From: Lophium mytilinum
Lineage: Eukaryota
Length of the DNA: 64,000 bases
Direction: 5' to 3'
Assembly (NCBI GenBank): GCA_010093605.1
Contig: MU004193.1
Span: forward strand, 1,433,520-1,497,519
The notes below the pieces were generated by a model that ran no database searches, had not been told where the DNA came from, and was given only the letters and a program-made list of their open reading frames with translations. A program made the translations under genes and the position numbers. Of this stretch, positions 63,450-64,000 are shown piece after piece. Within the stretch, counting starts at the first letter, position 1; each line of letters opens with the position of its first letter.

Positions 63450-64000
63450 GATGCTCCTGCGGAGAGATGGTGAAACTCAGTTGGTATCGCAGCCGCACGA
63501 CGTGCAGATGTGAAAAGGAAAAAGAGGGAGGTGAGTGGTGGGCGGCACTGGGAGCAGCTGGGGGCTCCTTCAAACTTGTGCCCTGCGCGGAAGGCCGACG
63601 CCTGAGACTACTGCGTTCCTTCGCGACGCTGTTGCAGCAACGCCGTATGGCGACTAGTGCTAGTACACGGCACGCATCGCGGGAAGCGCATCCGCGCCCA
63701 GCCTACAGTCTCCCCCATGTACGGGCGCCGCTTGTCAATGCTAGAACAAGGGTCAATTGCGCTGTAAAAAGCCTTGACCGAGCCTTGACCGGCGGCGCCC
63801 AGCCTGCATACTTCTGTGTGCAGTTTAGCGACGGTGCAGAGTGGCAGTCTCGGCAAAGCGTGGCTTGCTTTTGCAGCTTCCCACCAATATCATGGCGCTC
63901 GGTGCTTGACTCGACGTCGTCCTGCAGCATGCAGACGCTCAAATCTAGGTACGCGACCGGCGGTCGGGTTCGAGCAGGGGACATTCTTGAAGAGCTGAAG

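Noticed and set aside
1..64000. Prokaryotic-type systems (CRISPR arrays, operons, IS elements)
   Set aside because: The sequence is fungal with spliceosomal introns; no repeat-spacer array or intact transposase was seen.

Overview
Eukaryotic, intron-containing DNA from a filamentous ascomycete (Pezizomycotina). This rests on short GT-AG introns with CTRAY branch sites, fungal-specific gene families and RIP-like AT-rich relics. Housekeeping and metabolic genes occupy both flanks: GT90 glycosyltransferase, arginyl-tRNA synthetase, PL3 pectate lyase, methylcrotonoyl-CoA carboxylase alpha, Rgf3/Tus1-type RhoGEF, a BVMO, a Dip5-like permease and a BBE-like oxidase. They surround a ~16 kb accessory-looking block (22.5-38 kb) encoding a Ser/Thr kinase, a caspase-like protease fused to a pseudokinase, a small SH3-like protein, a DUF6594-like membrane protein, a kinase-ankyrin protein and further membrane proteins. 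The most striking observation is a tRNA-Asp(GTC) gene at 18182-18328 (-), invisible in the ORF track. Besides a normal 19-nt anticodon-loop intron, it carries a 56-nt GTAAGC...GCTAAC...CAG spliceosomal-type intron in the variable loop, and exact removal of both restores a perfect 72-nt tRNA. All calls come from manual reading and motif recognition; no database searches were run.
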